Positions 8,992-20,073 of a stretch of DNA of 64,000 nucleotides are shown piece after piece. How positions within the stretch are numbered: the first letter of the stretch is position 1; every line of letters starts with the position of its first letter. The position numbers were made by a program, and so were the translations under genes. The DNA lies in the IMG/VR virus record IMGVR_UViG_3300050143_000020, positions 1,984-65,983 of that record. The stretch is one strand, 5' to 3'. Source of the DNA: a virus. The notes beneath the pieces were generated by a model that saw only the letters and a program-made list of their open reading frames with translations, was not told the DNA's origin and did not search any database.

Positions 8992-11900
8992 ATGAAGAAT
9001 CTAAACATTCGTCCATATTTCGACGATTACAACGAAGACAAACAATTCTACCAAATTCTGTTCCGTCCTTCATATGCAATTCAAGCACGTGAATTGAATC
9101 AAATGCAAACAATCTTGCAAGAGCAGATTGCAAGACATGGAAGAAATATTTTCAAAGAAGGATCGATGGTCATTCCTGGTCAACTATCGATTGATACATC
9201 TTTGGATTTCGTTAAACTTGACTCGACGTACAACGGAACGTCGATCGATTCGTATCTTTCTTCTTTTTCTGACGAATCTGTAGAAGTAATCGGAGCAACA
9301 TCTGGTATCAGAGCTAAAGTACAAATCTTTAGAAAATCTTCCGATACAACAAATCCAACTATCTGGGTCAAGTATATTTCTTCTGGCGATTCCGTTAACA
9401 AAGGAACAGTAAAGACTTTCCAGCCAGGAGAAGTGATTTATACTTCTGATTCAGTTCCTCTTTATGCAACAGTAAAAAATGCATCCGATGCAATTGGATA
9501 TGGATCATCTGCAAACATCCAGAAAGGTGTATATTTTGTAAATTCTAGATTTGTTCTGGTAAATGCACAAACAATCTTGCTTGATGACTATACAAATTCT
9601 CCTTCATATAGAGTTGGTCTGGAAATCCAAGAAGATTTCATCACTCCAGAAGAAGACGATTCTCTGTATGACAACGCACAAGGATCTACGAATTTTTCTG
9701 CTCCTGGTGCTCATAGATACTACATCGACCTGAATCTTAAGAAATATTCGCTATCAGATGTTTCGGATAAGACATTCATCGAACTTTTAAGAGTCACGAA
9801 TGGTAATCTGAATTCTATCGTAACGACTACAAACTATTCATTGATTGCCGATGCAATGGCTCGTAGAACATACGACGAGTCTGGTAATTATGCGATTGAT
9901 ACATTCAATTCTCAAGTCAAAGAGCACAGAAACAACAATAGAGGAGACTGGTCAGCTAACACATCGTATCTGAATGGTGACATTGTGAACGTTGGATCGA
10001 TATCATATGTAGCCGAGAACAATGGCACATCTGGATTGATTGCTCCTACTCATATCATCGGATCTTCGACAAATGGAAGTATTTCTTTCCGTCAAGAAAA
10101 TTCCCCAGTATACAATCAAGGTATTCTCTCTCAAGAAAATGGCGGAGATCCATCTAAAATGGGACTTCTCATAGATCCAGGCAAAGCATATGTCTTTGGA
10201 TATGAGGTTTCAAAAGCTGGACAATCAACTGTTACGATCGATAAAGCTTCTACATATCTTCCAGTAAGAAATGCTACAATTCAAACCGATATCGGTTCTT
10301 ACATCAACATAGAGAATGTCTATGGATTTTTGGATGTAACGCAATTTCCTATCGTAGAACTTAGAGATAGATATACAACTACTCCAGGAACTTCCAATGG
10401 ATCTATCATAGGAACTGCCAGAGCAAGATACATGGAGTATCAAACAGGAACGATTGGATCATCTTCTTGCGAATATGTTCTTTCGTTGTTTGATATAAAG
10501 ATGAATACTGGTAAGAAATTCACATCAAATGTCAGACAGATAGCATTTACGAATGTGTCAGGTGTCAATTTCACATGCGACACACATCGTGATATCGCAA
10601 TTCTATCAGGATCAATCACGACCCTAACTTCATCGACTACAGTAACAGGGACTGGAACGAAATTCACAAAAGAATTGAATGTTGGTGATGCAATTGGATA
10701 TTATGTATCTGGTACATTGTATTCAATGATGATTGTTCAATCTATCTCATCGGATACATTGCTCACATTGACAGCAAATGCTCAACATGCCCTTACGAAT
10801 TCTTCTCTATATTCTGTATCGAGCACGCATTATGAAAGTTCGAATGATTCTTTAATCTTCAAACTTCCAACTCGTTACACCAGAAAAATGAAAGATGTTG
10901 ATGATGAAACATCATCAAACATTGCATACTATGTACGTCAATCATATGTATCTGGAACAGTTACGGGTGGAATAGCAACAATCGCATCTTCTCTTGGGGA
11001 GACATTCGCGTCTCCCCAACAACCAGATGCGTTCCACGTTGTATCTCCTGTTACAGGAGCAGTTATTCCTGCTACGATTACATTGAATGGAACTGCGAAC
11101 ATTGCAACGCTTAACGTTGGAACATCTTTTAATGGTGGAATCGTCAACGTAATTGCTACTGTTAAGAAGACAGCAAAAGAAAGACTGAAGAGCATAACTC
11201 GAGCGTTCTCAGAAGATATCACGGTACAAGCAAATGCGATTTCTCCTTCGATTACTCTTTCTAAAGTGGATGGCATCAGACTTCTGAAGGTTTCTGAATT
11301 CGTAGATTCAGGCGGGACTCCAATTGCTTTTGGATCTTCTATTCCCGGAAATGCGGTTGCTGTCGATATCACCTCAAGATATAAATTCGATACAGGAATC
11401 AAAGATTCTTACTACGATTTTATCAAGATAGTCAACAACACATCAATCAACCCAAGATCTCCAATCAGAATCACATATGACTATCACGAACATTCTTCAT
11501 CTGGAGACTACTTCACGATAGATTCATATCAAAAGACTATATCTGAAACATATACAAAAGCTAACGGCGAAGTATTGGATCTTTTTGATTGCGTAGACTT
11601 CAGACCATCTAGAAATGGATCATCTTTTGTGATCAATTCGATTCCTGCAATGGGATTCGACATCATCTCAGATTACACATACTTCCAACCAAGAGTTGAT
11701 ATCCTATCTTTGAATGCAAATGGGAATTTTGTTATCACCAAAGGGGTTCCAGCCGATTCTCCTGTAGCTCCTTCGATTCCTGAAAATTCGATGTTGATGT
11801 CTACTATCTCGGTATATCCTTCAATTGTTGGAACTCCTGTTATTTCTATCAAGAGAGAAAATAACAAACGATACACAATGAAAGATATCGGAAATCTTGA

Positions 11901-14900
11901 AAGTCGGTTATCTAATGTTGAATACTATACATCTCTTTCTCTTTTAGAATCTCAGACAAAGAATCTTCAGCTATTCGAAGCTAACGGAGACGTATCTTTC
12001 AAGAATGGATTCATTGTAGACTCGCTCATTGATCAATCAATTGCTCAGACGGATTCTAAAGAATTCAAATGCTCTATTGATGTAGCTAATGGTATTCTGC
12101 GCCCATCCTTTTCTAATGATAACGTAAAATTGTTTGAGAGCGTTGCATATTCTGATAGAAAATCTATGGGATATGTAGTGAACAACGGAATCGCTACCCT
12201 AGATTACACTACTGTTTCTTATATCGAGCAACCATATGCAACAAGATACGAAAGCGTAACGCCATACATTAAAATCAATTTTATTGGTGATATTTCGCTA
12301 ACACCAAGTTCTGATGAATGGTATGAAACTCAGTATCGTCCAGATATCGTTATCAATCAAGAAGGCAATTTCTCTGCTTTGGCTAATGCGTATCGTTCTG
12401 AACTAGGAACTGTTTGGAATGCTTGGCAAATTGCATGGGCAGGTGCTAGGTTTACAACTGTCAGAGGACGTATAGTTCAAATTGGCGGAGATGAGTCATA
12501 CACTCAAACAAGAACCGGAACGACAACGTATATCAAAGCTGTCTATGATACGAAGGTTATCGATGATAGAATTGTATCTATCGATATAATTCCATTTATC
12601 AGACCTCGTACGATCAGTTTCTTTGGAACAGGATTCAAACCAAATACAAAATTGTTTGGTTTCTTCGATTCGACATCTATCGATTCGTATATCAATCCAA
12701 GTTCTATCATTACACTCAGCTCCAAGAATGGAACATTTGATATGTTCACAGATGCAGGATCCGACTCTAACAGTGTTGCTAGATCTATTGCATCCGCTAA
12801 TGATGCTGTTTCCACTGGATTGAAAAAGGGAGATATCCTCCACAACGGAGCATCTGGAAATATTGCTCTCGCAACGGCAACTGCGATTGTGACTATTGAT
12901 GAAGATAGCATGATTCATGTTATCAACCAAAGAGGATCGTTTTCTGTTGGTCAAATTGTTTATGGTTCTATATCTGGTGCGAATGGTATCGTATCTTCCA
13001 TCTCTCAGCCTGGGCTTATTACGAATGCATACGGAGAGATTTCTGGAACTTTTGACATCCCATCAAATTCGAAGATTCAATTCAGAACAGGTACGAAGAA
13101 TTTTATTCTGACAGATTCGTCTTCCAATGGAACAAATTATACAACGAAAGCTCTTACAACATACACTGCAACAGGATACATGCAGAATAGAGTTCGAACA
13201 ATTGTATCTACACGAAATGGCGTTCTGGCTAAAGAAGCAGTTTCAGAATCTGTATTTGTTGAAGTTCAACCAGTGTATGCCGATCCTTTAGCTCAGTCTT
13301 TCAAGATTGCAAATCCAGATGGGATATTTGTTGATTCTTTTGATCTTTATTTCTACAGCAAGGATAGAATTCTTCCTGTAACATTCGAAATCAGAGAAAT
13401 GTCGAATGGCATTCCTACTCAGACAGTTCTTCCTGGATCTAGAGTAACGTACAGACCAAATCAAATCAATGTTTCAACAAATGCTACAAATGTAACTAGA
13501 ATCAAAACAGCATATCCAGTTTTCTTGGATGGTGATACAGAATACTGCTTTGTTCTTTCTTCAGATTCTCCATATTATGCGGTATGGGTTTGCTATGTTG
13601 GTGAGAACGACGTAACAACTGGACAACGTATTTCTAAACAACCATATCTCGGAACATTATTCAAATCTCAAAATGCTTCAACATGGTCTCCAGATCAATT
13701 CGAGGATATCAAGTTCACATTGAACAGATGTGTTTTCAATACAGCTTCTGCTAACATCAAATTTGCTAATCAGAATCTGGATACATATGCAATCAATCCT
13801 GATGCCATTTATACAAAATCTGGATCTAACTTGATTCGACTGTTTGTTCCAAATCATGGCATTCCTGTTGGATCTAACATCATTGTATCTGGATTAACAT
13901 CAAATGTAAATGGCATCCCATTTGCTTCAATTAATGGATCACATGCAGTAACATATGCAGAGCAAGATTATGTTGTTATTTCTGTTGGATCAAATGCTAA
14001 TATCACAGGCTATAGCAAACTTACTAATGTTGTGTATGTAACAAAACATGTTAAATTTGAATTGTTAAATCTTCTAGCTACTCAATTGAAATATGACAAC
14101 ACATCAATCAAGCATTTTGCTAGATGTACGGATGCAACGTATTCAATGACAAATAATGCGGTAGAATTGATTCCTCAGGAAAACACATATTTGACAGCAA
14201 GCTACCAGATAGCATCAACTTCTAATGAATCAACGTTTAACGCAAACAAGAAATCTATCGAAGTCACAGCTCAATTGGAGAGCAGCACGAATTATCTATC
14301 GCCTGTCCTAGATCTTGATAGATATTCTATTGTATGCATTGGGAATAGAATTGACACCAATCAAACGACAAAAAATATAACTGGATTAGATGATGTAACA
14401 TCTTCAATAGCTGTTACGTTCAATTCTGCTGGAACAATCACAGCGTCCGTCACTGGATCATTCAGTCAACTGAAGATCGGTCAGATCATTTCTATAAGCG
14501 GTGCAACGAATTCCACTAACAACGGTATATCTACAGTAACTTCAATAGATTCCACAGGAACAACGATCACGACAACTGATAGCGTACTGGTAAACGAAAC
14601 ATCAACTGTATCTTTTATTGCATATAGCAGATATTTTGATGAAATCTCAGAAAACGGAACATCCGAAGCAAAATATATCATGAATCCACTGACACTGACA
14701 AATCCTGCTTCATCGCTGAAAGTGTTTTTTGATGTAAATTTTGCTGCTCCTTCAGGATTTGCTCTTTACTATAGACTCGCATCAAATACAAACTATTTGT
14801 CTGGACAGACTTGGATTTTGGCTTCTCCTGTAACGTCACCAAAATATAGCAGCTCTGGTGACGTTTACTACGGGGTTGAGTATGATATATTGTCCAATGT

Positions 14901-14997
14901 GCAGTTCACATCTGCACAAATTAAGATTGTAATGACTTCTTCTGATACAAGCAATGTTCCGTCTATACAACAAATTAGAATGATTGCGACATCATGA
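8992..14997 (+). CDS. DUF4815/VrlC-like large virion (baseplate-associated) structural protein
   Basis: N-terminus PYFDDY..DKQFYQILFRPSYAIQARELNQMQTILQEQI; later RRTYDESGNY, FKNGFIVD, DPLAQSF, WSPDQFEDIKF blocks. Confidence 0.85.
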   Translation: MKNLNIRPYFDDYNEDKQFYQILFRPSYAIQARELNQMQTILQEQIARHGRNIFKEGSMVIPGQLSIDTSLDFVKLDSTYNGTSIDSYLSSFSDESVEVIGATSGIRAKVQIFRKSSDTTNPTIWVKYISSGDSVNKGTVKTFQPGEVIYTSDSVPLYATVKNASDAIGYGSSANIQKGVYFVNSRFVLVNAQTILLDDYTNSPSYRVGLEIQEDFITPEEDDSLYDNAQGSTNFSAPGAHRYYIDLNLKKYSLSDVSDKTFIELLRVTNGNLNSIVTTTNYSLIADAMARRTYDESGNYAIDTFNSQVKEHRNNNRGDWSANTSYLNGDIVNVGSISYVAENNGTSGLIAPTHIIGSSTNGSISFRQENSPVYNQGILSQENGGDPSKMGLLIDPGKAYVFGYEVSKAGQSTVTIDKASTYLPVRNATIQTDIGSYINIENVYGFLDVTQFPIVELRDRYTTTPGTSNGSIIGTARARYMEYQTGTIGSSSCEYVLSLFDIKMNTGKKFTSNVRQIAFTNVSGVNFTCDTHRDIAILSGSITTLTSSTTVTGTGTKFTKELNVGDAIGYYVSGTLYSMMIVQSISSDTLLTLTANAQHALTNSSLYSVSSTHYESSNDSLIFKLPTRYTRKMKDVDDETSSNIAYYVRQSYVSGTVTGGIATIASSLGETFASPQQPDAFHVVSPVTGAVIPATITLNGTANIATLNVGTSFNGGIVNVIATVKKTAKERLKSITRAFSEDITVQANAISPSITLSKVDGIRLLKVSEFVDSGGTPIAFGSSIPGNAVAVDITSRYKFDTGIKDSYYDFIKIVNNTSINPRSPIRITYDYHEHSSSGDYFTIDSYQKTISETYTKANGEVLDLFDCVDFRPSRNGSSFVINSIPAMGFDIISDYTYFQPRVDILSLNANGNFVITKGVPADSPVAPSIPENSMLMSTISVYPSIVGTPVISIKRENNKRYTMKDIGNLESRLSNVEYYTSLSLLESQTKNLQLFEANGDVSFKNGFIVDSLIDQSIAQTDSKEFKCSIDVANGILRPSFSNDNVKLFESVAYSDRKSMGYVVNNGIATLDYTTVSYIEQPYATRYESVTPYIKINFIGDISLTPSSDEWYETQYRPDIVINQEGNFSALANAYRSELGTVWNAWQIAWAGARFTTVRGRIVQIGGDESYTQTRTGTTTYIKAVYDTKVIDDRIVSIDIIPFIRPRTISFFGTGFKPNTKLFGFFDSTSIDSYINPSSIITLSSKNGTFDMFTDAGSDSNSVARSIASANDAVSTGLKKGDILHNGASGNIALATATAIVTIDEDSMIHVINQRGSFSVGQIVYGSISGANGIVSSISQPGLITNAYGEISGTFDIPSNSKIQFRTGTKNFILTDSSSNGTNYTTKALTTYTATGYMQNRVRTIVSTRNGVLAKEAVSESVFVEVQPVYADPLAQSFKIANPDGIFVDSFDLYFYSKDRILPVTFEIREMSNGIPTQTVLPGSRVTYRPNQINVSTNATNVTRIKTAYPVFLDGDTEYCFVLSSDSPYYAVWVCYVGENDVTTGQRISKQPYLGTLFKSQNASTWSPDQFEDIKFTLNRCVFNTASANIKFANQNLDTYAINPDAIYTKSGSNLIRLFVPNHGIPVGSNIIVSGLTSNVNGIPFASINGSHAVTYAEQDYVVISVGSNANITGYSKLTNVVYVTKHVKFELLNLLATQLKYDNTSIKHFARCTDATYSMTNNAVELIPQENTYLTASYQIASTSNESTFNANKKSIEVTAQLESSTNYLSPVLDLDRYSIVCIGNRIDTNQTTKNITGLDDVTSSIAVTFNSAGTITASVTGSFSQLKIGQIISISGATNSTNNGISTVTSIDSTGTTITTTDSVLVNETSTVSFIAYSRYFDEISENGTSEAKYIMNPLTLTNPASSLKVFFDVNFAAPSGFALYYRLASNTNYLSGQTWILASPVTSPKYSSSGDVYYGVEYDILSNVQFTSAQIKIVMTSSDTSNVPSIQQIRMIATS

Positions 14998-15197
14998 TTC
15001 CTGTTTTTGATGATTCTTCCATTGCTAGAGATGAAAAATCCAAGGCAATTGTCAATGTAAATACTGATGCATACATCAGCCACATCAATAAAAAGAAAGC
15101 GAGAGATCTCGTCAAAGATCGATTAGATTCTCTCGAATCAGACATGAAGGATATCAAAACAATGTTTTCGGTTATTCTAGATAGACTAGGAAAATAA
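14994..15197 (+). CDS. Small conserved protein usually following DUF4815 genes
   Basis: RD..SKAIVN...Y....LESDMKDIKTM pattern; ATGA overlap with upstream gene. Confidence 0.65.
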   Translation: MIPVFDDSSIARDEKSKAIVNVNTDAYISHINKKKARDLVKDRLDSLESDMKDIKTMFSVILDRLGK

Positions 15198-15198
15198 A

Positions 15199-18099
15199 AT
15201 GACAGCAATAGTTATATCACCAAAAGACGATTTCGAGCAATGGAGATTAAAGTGTAATCAAATTGCTGCGCAACTGGAATTAATTTCACCTGGATCATCT
15301 GGGATTGGTAGCTTTCAGCCTCTACTTGTTTCTGGAGAAAACATAAAGACAGTAAATGGACAGAATGTTCTAGGTCCTGGAAATTTAACCGTTATAGCCG
15401 ATGGTGTACCGCCAATTCCGCTTGCTATTCCTGGTATATCTGGCAATGCCCAAAAAGGATATACATTGAATGCAACCAGCGCGCAATGGGTTGGATTGCC
15501 TACTCCTTCGTTAAGTGGTATATGGCAAAGAAATGGGGTAGACATCCCAGGAGCAACAACAAAATCTTATACACTTGTCGCGGCCGATGTAGGATCTTAT
15601 GTTTCTTACAAAGAAATCGCGAACAATGGAGTTATATCAACATCAAATACAATATCTGTGATGGTCGCAGATTTACCTCTTCCAACTGTTCTTACAGCTC
15701 CTTATATCAAAGGAACTCCTTTCAAAGGACAGTTGATAGAATTAATCGATGGTATATATGGTCACTTAGGTCTTACTACTGGAGTTGTATGGGAGAAGGA
15801 TGGAGTTCCAACAAGCAACACTAGCATGACATATCTCATGTCTGATGCAGATACAGGATCTGTCATAACAGTTGCTTTGACAGTAGAGAATGTTTCTGGC
15901 AGTTCTGTTTTTCGTACAGCTCCTGTGACAGGAGTTGGTCCTTTATACGACGGGACAAATCTTATCCCATTAGCAGCCGATCAATTTATGACACTCGAAC
16001 ATCCTGCTGTCGGCTCTACATTCGTTGATCCTCTATACGGAATGTCTATATTGAGAGGATCGGACTATACGAATGATACAGCAGGTGCTACGTTTATAAG
16101 ACAAGCATCAAGTAGACAGCCTGTATTTAATTCTGATGCTAGTATGTACCTCGTCAAGGCATCCAATGGGTTATGGATTTTGTATGATGCAACAGCAAAT
16201 CCACTAAATGTATTAGATTTTATTGATGCCGAAGCAGAACCAATATGGGATACAACATCACCAAACCTTATCCATTACACAAATGCATACGGAGGTTTGA
16301 TATGGTATACGGTAGATGTATCAACAATGGATGTTGTCATTCTTCATGATTTTACTGTAAGTGTGACGACTATATTCCCAGAAGCTGCGAGAGTTTGGCT
16401 CCGAGGAGGATGTCCATCTGCAGATGGGAACACATGGACATTTTCTATCGAAAATGCAAATATGATACATCTTGGACTGATTTCATGGAATTTTACAACA
16501 CAATCTATCATTTCTTCGGTATCTGCATCTACACATAACGGAGGAAGTCCAGAGTGGGTATCAACATCACCATCTGGAACGTATTCCGTTATATGCTGGT
16601 CTGGAAGTAACGGCACTGTTGCATATACGGTATCGAACTTTACATCATTCAGACAAATTGTAACAAATGCTCCTTATGGAGATCTATGCGTTGGTACTTC
16701 GAATGAGGATATTTTTTGTTATCTAGACGAAGTTAACAATGCTCTCATGGGCGTAAATTGTGCTGCTGGATCTCCGTTTGTAATTATGAGTCTGACTTGG
16801 GGCATTGGGCTCTCTAAAGAGATTATGAAAGTCACGATCAGTGGAAAATCATTCGATCGTCCTGGATGGGTATTCTTATCTGGATATGGAGAGCAGTACG
16901 AAGATACGACGTATCAAGGAAAATTGAATACTATCAGAGCGCCTTGGCGTAAAGTTTTTGTTACTAAATTAGTTCCAAGCGGAATAAGCTATAGCATTGC
17001 TTATATGCAAACATCTCCAGATTATGGCGGATCGGTTGGTAGACCAGATGCAGTACCGAGTCGTGATGGAAGAAAGGCAATTTTTACATCTAATTTCGGT
17101 GGACAGGCAGATCCAGATGTTTATATCGTCAGTATTCCAGATAAGCTAGTCAAGGGAGATCCATCAGTTCCTATTTTTATGAGCGATCCATCAATTTCAT
17201 GTCCATCTGGTATCTTCCAAACAGGACAGATGTTCGTGTGTAATTCTGGTGCTGTTGATGGAGAACCATTCCCGTCTATCCACTATCAATGGAAAATAGA
17301 TGGAGTTGATGTAGGGACCGACTCTGCATCTTTTACTCCAAGCACAGCTGGGGTACTTAGCTGTTATGTAACAATCCAAAATTCACAAGGACAAGCAAAT
17401 AGAACATCTCAGTCGATATCAATAGTAGCTCCTGCACAAGCTCTGACTGTACCAAGAATCAGAACAAACTTGGTTGCTTCAACAAATGCACACGTTTATA
17501 TGCCTCCTGATATGATGCAAGTATGGGCTGATGATCTGGTTATAATATCTGCTGCATATTCGTTCGTAACAATGACTGCAGAGCCTACGATGTCAGACCC
17601 GACAGGAATAAATACAATTGTCGGCTTACCTGCTATTAAATGCCCTGATAGAAATAACATCGTGAAAATTTGGTATTGTCTTAGAGCCGCTGCTGGATTC
17701 TTTGAATTTGATATAAATTCATCAACAATCACCACGAACGCTGAGATTAACATGAGAATAAGTACATATAGTCCTGGTGCTGGTCATCATTTCGAGTTTG
17801 ATACGTATGCATCAATCGGATCTGGGTATGCATATGGTGATATCGTAACGCCTGCATTTAATACATCCGATCAGGGAGTGATATATACAGCTTTTTCGGA
17901 TGATTATTATTCTAAAGATCCATTTCCATTTCCAGCCCCCACTGGATTCACTTACTTTGCTAACATAGATCGTCCTCTAGTTGCTGCTGATATGATTACA
18001 GCAACAGCAAAATCAAATGTAGTCGGAACGAAGCCATCTGGCAATGATTATACACGAGGCGAAGTTCAATCCGTCTCCTTTGTAACAAAACCTAATTAA
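15199..18099 (+). CDS. Tail fibre/spike-like protein with Ig-like modules and beta-propeller
   Basis: N-terminal DDFEQWRLKCNQI virion-attachment-like motif; Ig modules resembling those of 572..6463; propeller from FVDPLYG to SRDGRKAIFTSNFGG. Confidence 0.75.
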   Translation: MTAIVISPKDDFEQWRLKCNQIAAQLELISPGSSGIGSFQPLLVSGENIKTVNGQNVLGPGNLTVIADGVPPIPLAIPGISGNAQKGYTLNATSAQWVGLPTPSLSGIWQRNGVDIPGATTKSYTLVAADVGSYVSYKEIANNGVISTSNTISVMVADLPLPTVLTAPYIKGTPFKGQLIELIDGIYGHLGLTTGVVWEKDGVPTSNTSMTYLMSDADTGSVITVALTVENVSGSSVFRTAPVTGVGPLYDGTNLIPLAADQFMTLEHPAVGSTFVDPLYGMSILRGSDYTNDTAGATFIRQASSRQPVFNSDASMYLVKASNGLWILYDATANPLNVLDFIDAEAEPIWDTTSPNLIHYTNAYGGLIWYTVDVSTMDVVILHDFTVSVTTIFPEAARVWLRGGCPSADGNTWTFSIENANMIHLGLISWNFTTQSIISSVSASTHNGGSPEWVSTSPSGTYSVICWSGSNGTVAYTVSNFTSFRQIVTNAPYGDLCVGTSNEDIFCYLDEVNNALMGVNCAAGSPFVIMSLTWGIGLSKEIMKVTISGKSFDRPGWVFLSGYGEQYEDTTYQGKLNTIRAPWRKVFVTKLVPSGISYSIAYMQTSPDYGGSVGRPDAVPSRDGRKAIFTSNFGGQADPDVYIVSIPDKLVKGDPSVPIFMSDPSISCPSGIFQTGQMFVCNSGAVDGEPFPSIHYQWKIDGVDVGTDSASFTPSTAGVLSCYVTIQNSQGQANRTSQSISIVAPAQALTVPRIRTNLVASTNAHVYMPPDMMQVWADDLVIISAAYSFVTMTAEPTMSDPTGINTIVGLPAIKCPDRNNIVKIWYCLRAAAGFFEFDINSSTITTNAEINMRISTYSPGAGHHFEFDTYASIGSGYAYGDIVTPAFNTSDQGVIYTAFSDDYYSKDPFPFPAPTGFTYFANIDRPLVAADMITATAKSNVVGTKPSGNDYTRGEVQSVSFVTKPN

Positions 18100-18110
18100 A
18101 AAAGGTATAT

Positions 18111-19697
18111 ATGAATATAATTTCTAAATTGTTTATTTCTTTAATTTTCTTCATAAGCTCAACATCCATGGCTGCTACTTTCTACGTCAAGCCTGGTGGT
18201 GGGTCTGCATCACAATGTAACGGACTTGCGAATACGGTATATCCTGGAACTGGAACAAACGTCGCATGTGCTTGGTCAAATCCTATGATTGCTCTTCCTT
18301 CTCCTACATTTGGAACACCAAGAATTGCTGGAGGCGATACTCTCATAGTTGCTAGAGGCAAATATCCTATCCGCAGAGGATCTCCTGGATCGGAACCATG
18401 TGGAAATAATATATGGGATTGTAACTTAGGAGTGCCTCCTGCAGGCACTCCATCAAATCCAACAAGAATACTTGGAGAAGGATGGGATAAGAGATGTATG
18501 CGACCTCCTACTTTACTCGGCGGAGGTCCAGGAGGTATGGATCATGTCGTGAATTTAATAAATACACATGATGTTGTCTTTGCTTGCTTTGAAATAACTG
18601 ATCCAAGTGATTGCATTCCAGGATATGAGGCTAAGACTGGACGATGTGGAAATACTCAAGTAGATACGTTTGCTAAAGATGGAATTCGAATTTCTGATAC
18701 AGTGAATCTGGTCATTCGAAATTTAAACATTCATGGTATGGGTGCCGGTGGGATTACGTTTGGACGTAATCAAGATTTCCTAGCAGAGGATATCAGAATT
18801 TCCGCTAATGGATGGGTTGGTATCAGTGGAGACTTGGATGGTAATACGTTAGAAGAAAGTATCAATACAGGATCTATTGTATTCCGTAGAGTTCTTATAG
18901 AGTGGAGTGGCTGTCGAGAATCTATCCCAGGCAATAAACCATTCGGATGTTGGGCTGAACCTGGATGGGGAGACGGTGTAGGATTTGATCACACTTATGG
19001 TGATTTTTTATGGGAAGATTGTACATTCCGATATAATACATCAGACGGTTTAGATATGCTGTATCACGATGGAGAAGTAGGCGATGTTGTAGTTCGTCGA
19101 GCCAGATCCGAAGGCAATGCTGGTAATCAGCTTAAAGTACAAGGAAAAAATGTCACCATTGAAAATAGTATTGTGATTGCAAATTGTAATTTCTTTGATG
19201 CTCAACCTTATACAATGCACGTTGAACATAATTGTCGCGCTGACGGAGTTGCTATAACAGCTGTTACAAAGGGTGGAGAATCATCAACCATTAAAATGAT
19301 TAACAATACTGTAATAGGCAACGGCGATTCTGCTATTAATACTTCATCAACAAATGCAACTGTTATTGTGAAAAATACCATCATGGCAGGATCTGGACCT
19401 TCTTATTTGAAGCCAGGACAACCAATGGCTGGACTTCTTACATACGATAATCCAGGTGTAGTCATAACGGACCACAACATATTGTGGAACATTCACAATG
19501 CTGGATGCGGTATACAAGGCGATTGTGTAGATCCAATGTTTGTAAATTTTTCTATGAAAAACGCAGATCTAAGACTAAGACCAGGAAGTCCAGCAATTAA
19601 TGCTGGCACGGCATCAGGAGCACCTACAACAGATTTCTTTAAAGTACCAAGAACGGCACGCGGAGGAATTGATATTGGTGCTTTAGAACTCCCATAA
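18111..19697 (+). CDS. Right-handed parallel beta-helix (pectin-lyase fold) protein with signal peptide and choice-of-anchor-Q-like tail
   Basis: MNIISKLFISLIFFISSTSMA|ATFYVKPGGG; beta-helix repeats; C-terminal DPMF...DLRLRPGSPAINAG...D....R....DIGALE. Confidence 0.8.
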   Translation: MNIISKLFISLIFFISSTSMAATFYVKPGGGSASQCNGLANTVYPGTGTNVACAWSNPMIALPSPTFGTPRIAGGDTLIVARGKYPIRRGSPGSEPCGNNIWDCNLGVPPAGTPSNPTRILGEGWDKRCMRPPTLLGGGPGGMDHVVNLINTHDVVFACFEITDPSDCIPGYEAKTGRCGNTQVDTFAKDGIRISDTVNLVIRNLNIHGMGAGGITFGRNQDFLAEDIRISANGWVGISGDLDGNTLEESINTGSIVFRRVLIEWSGCRESIPGNKPFGCWAEPGWGDGVGFDHTYGDFLWEDCTFRYNTSDGLDMLYHDGEVGDVVVRRARSEGNAGNQLKVQGKNVTIENSIVIANCNFFDAQPYTMHVEHNCRADGVAITAVTKGGESSTIKMINNTVIGNGDSAINTSSTNATVIVKNTIMAGSGPSYLKPGQPMAGLLTYDNPGVVITDHNILWNIHNAGCGIQGDCVDPMFVNFSMKNADLRLRPGSPAINAGTASGAPTTDFFKVPRTARGGIDIGALELP

Positions 19698-19698
19698 T

Positions 19699-19704
19699 TA
19701 AATA
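19699..19704 (+). promoter_or_regulatory. Late promoter core TAAATA
   Basis: TAATTAAATAC immediately after the stop of 18111..19697. Confidence 0.55.
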
Positions 19705-19728
19705 CAAAATCAACAAGAAGGAATCAAA

Positions 19729-20067
19729 ATGGCAAGTAATTTATTCAAGAACTCTACAGCAATAGCAATCGGAACTACCGATACGACACTCTATACGACT
19801 CCTGTTGGTAAGAAATCCCTCTTAACTCAGTTTGATGTTGTCAACACTACAGCGTCGCCAATCAATGTTGATGTTTATGTTTATAGTTCTGTGTTGGCTG
19901 CTAAAGTTTATCTATTCAAAGGTGTTCCAATCGCTGCCGGTTATCCTCTAGAAGTAATCACAAACGGCAAGAAGATAGTTCTTCAATCTTCTGATATAAT
20001 CGGAGTTAAGTCAAGTGTTGTATCATCGGCTAATGCGATTGCTTCGTACCTTGAAGATGTGAACTAA
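19729..20067 (+). CDS. Small conserved virion-associated beta-sandwich protein
   Basis: FKN....IGT.....YT.P......NTT...INVDV...KIVLQ.SD.I.V pattern seen in T4-like tail regions; RBS AAGGA. Confidence 0.6.
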   Translation: MASNLFKNSTAIAIGTTDTTLYTTPVGKKSLLTQFDVVNTTASPINVDVYVYSSVLAAKVYLFKGVPIAAGYPLEVITNGKKIVLQSSDIIGVKSSVVSSANAIASYLEDVN

Positions 20068-20073
20068 TCAAAA

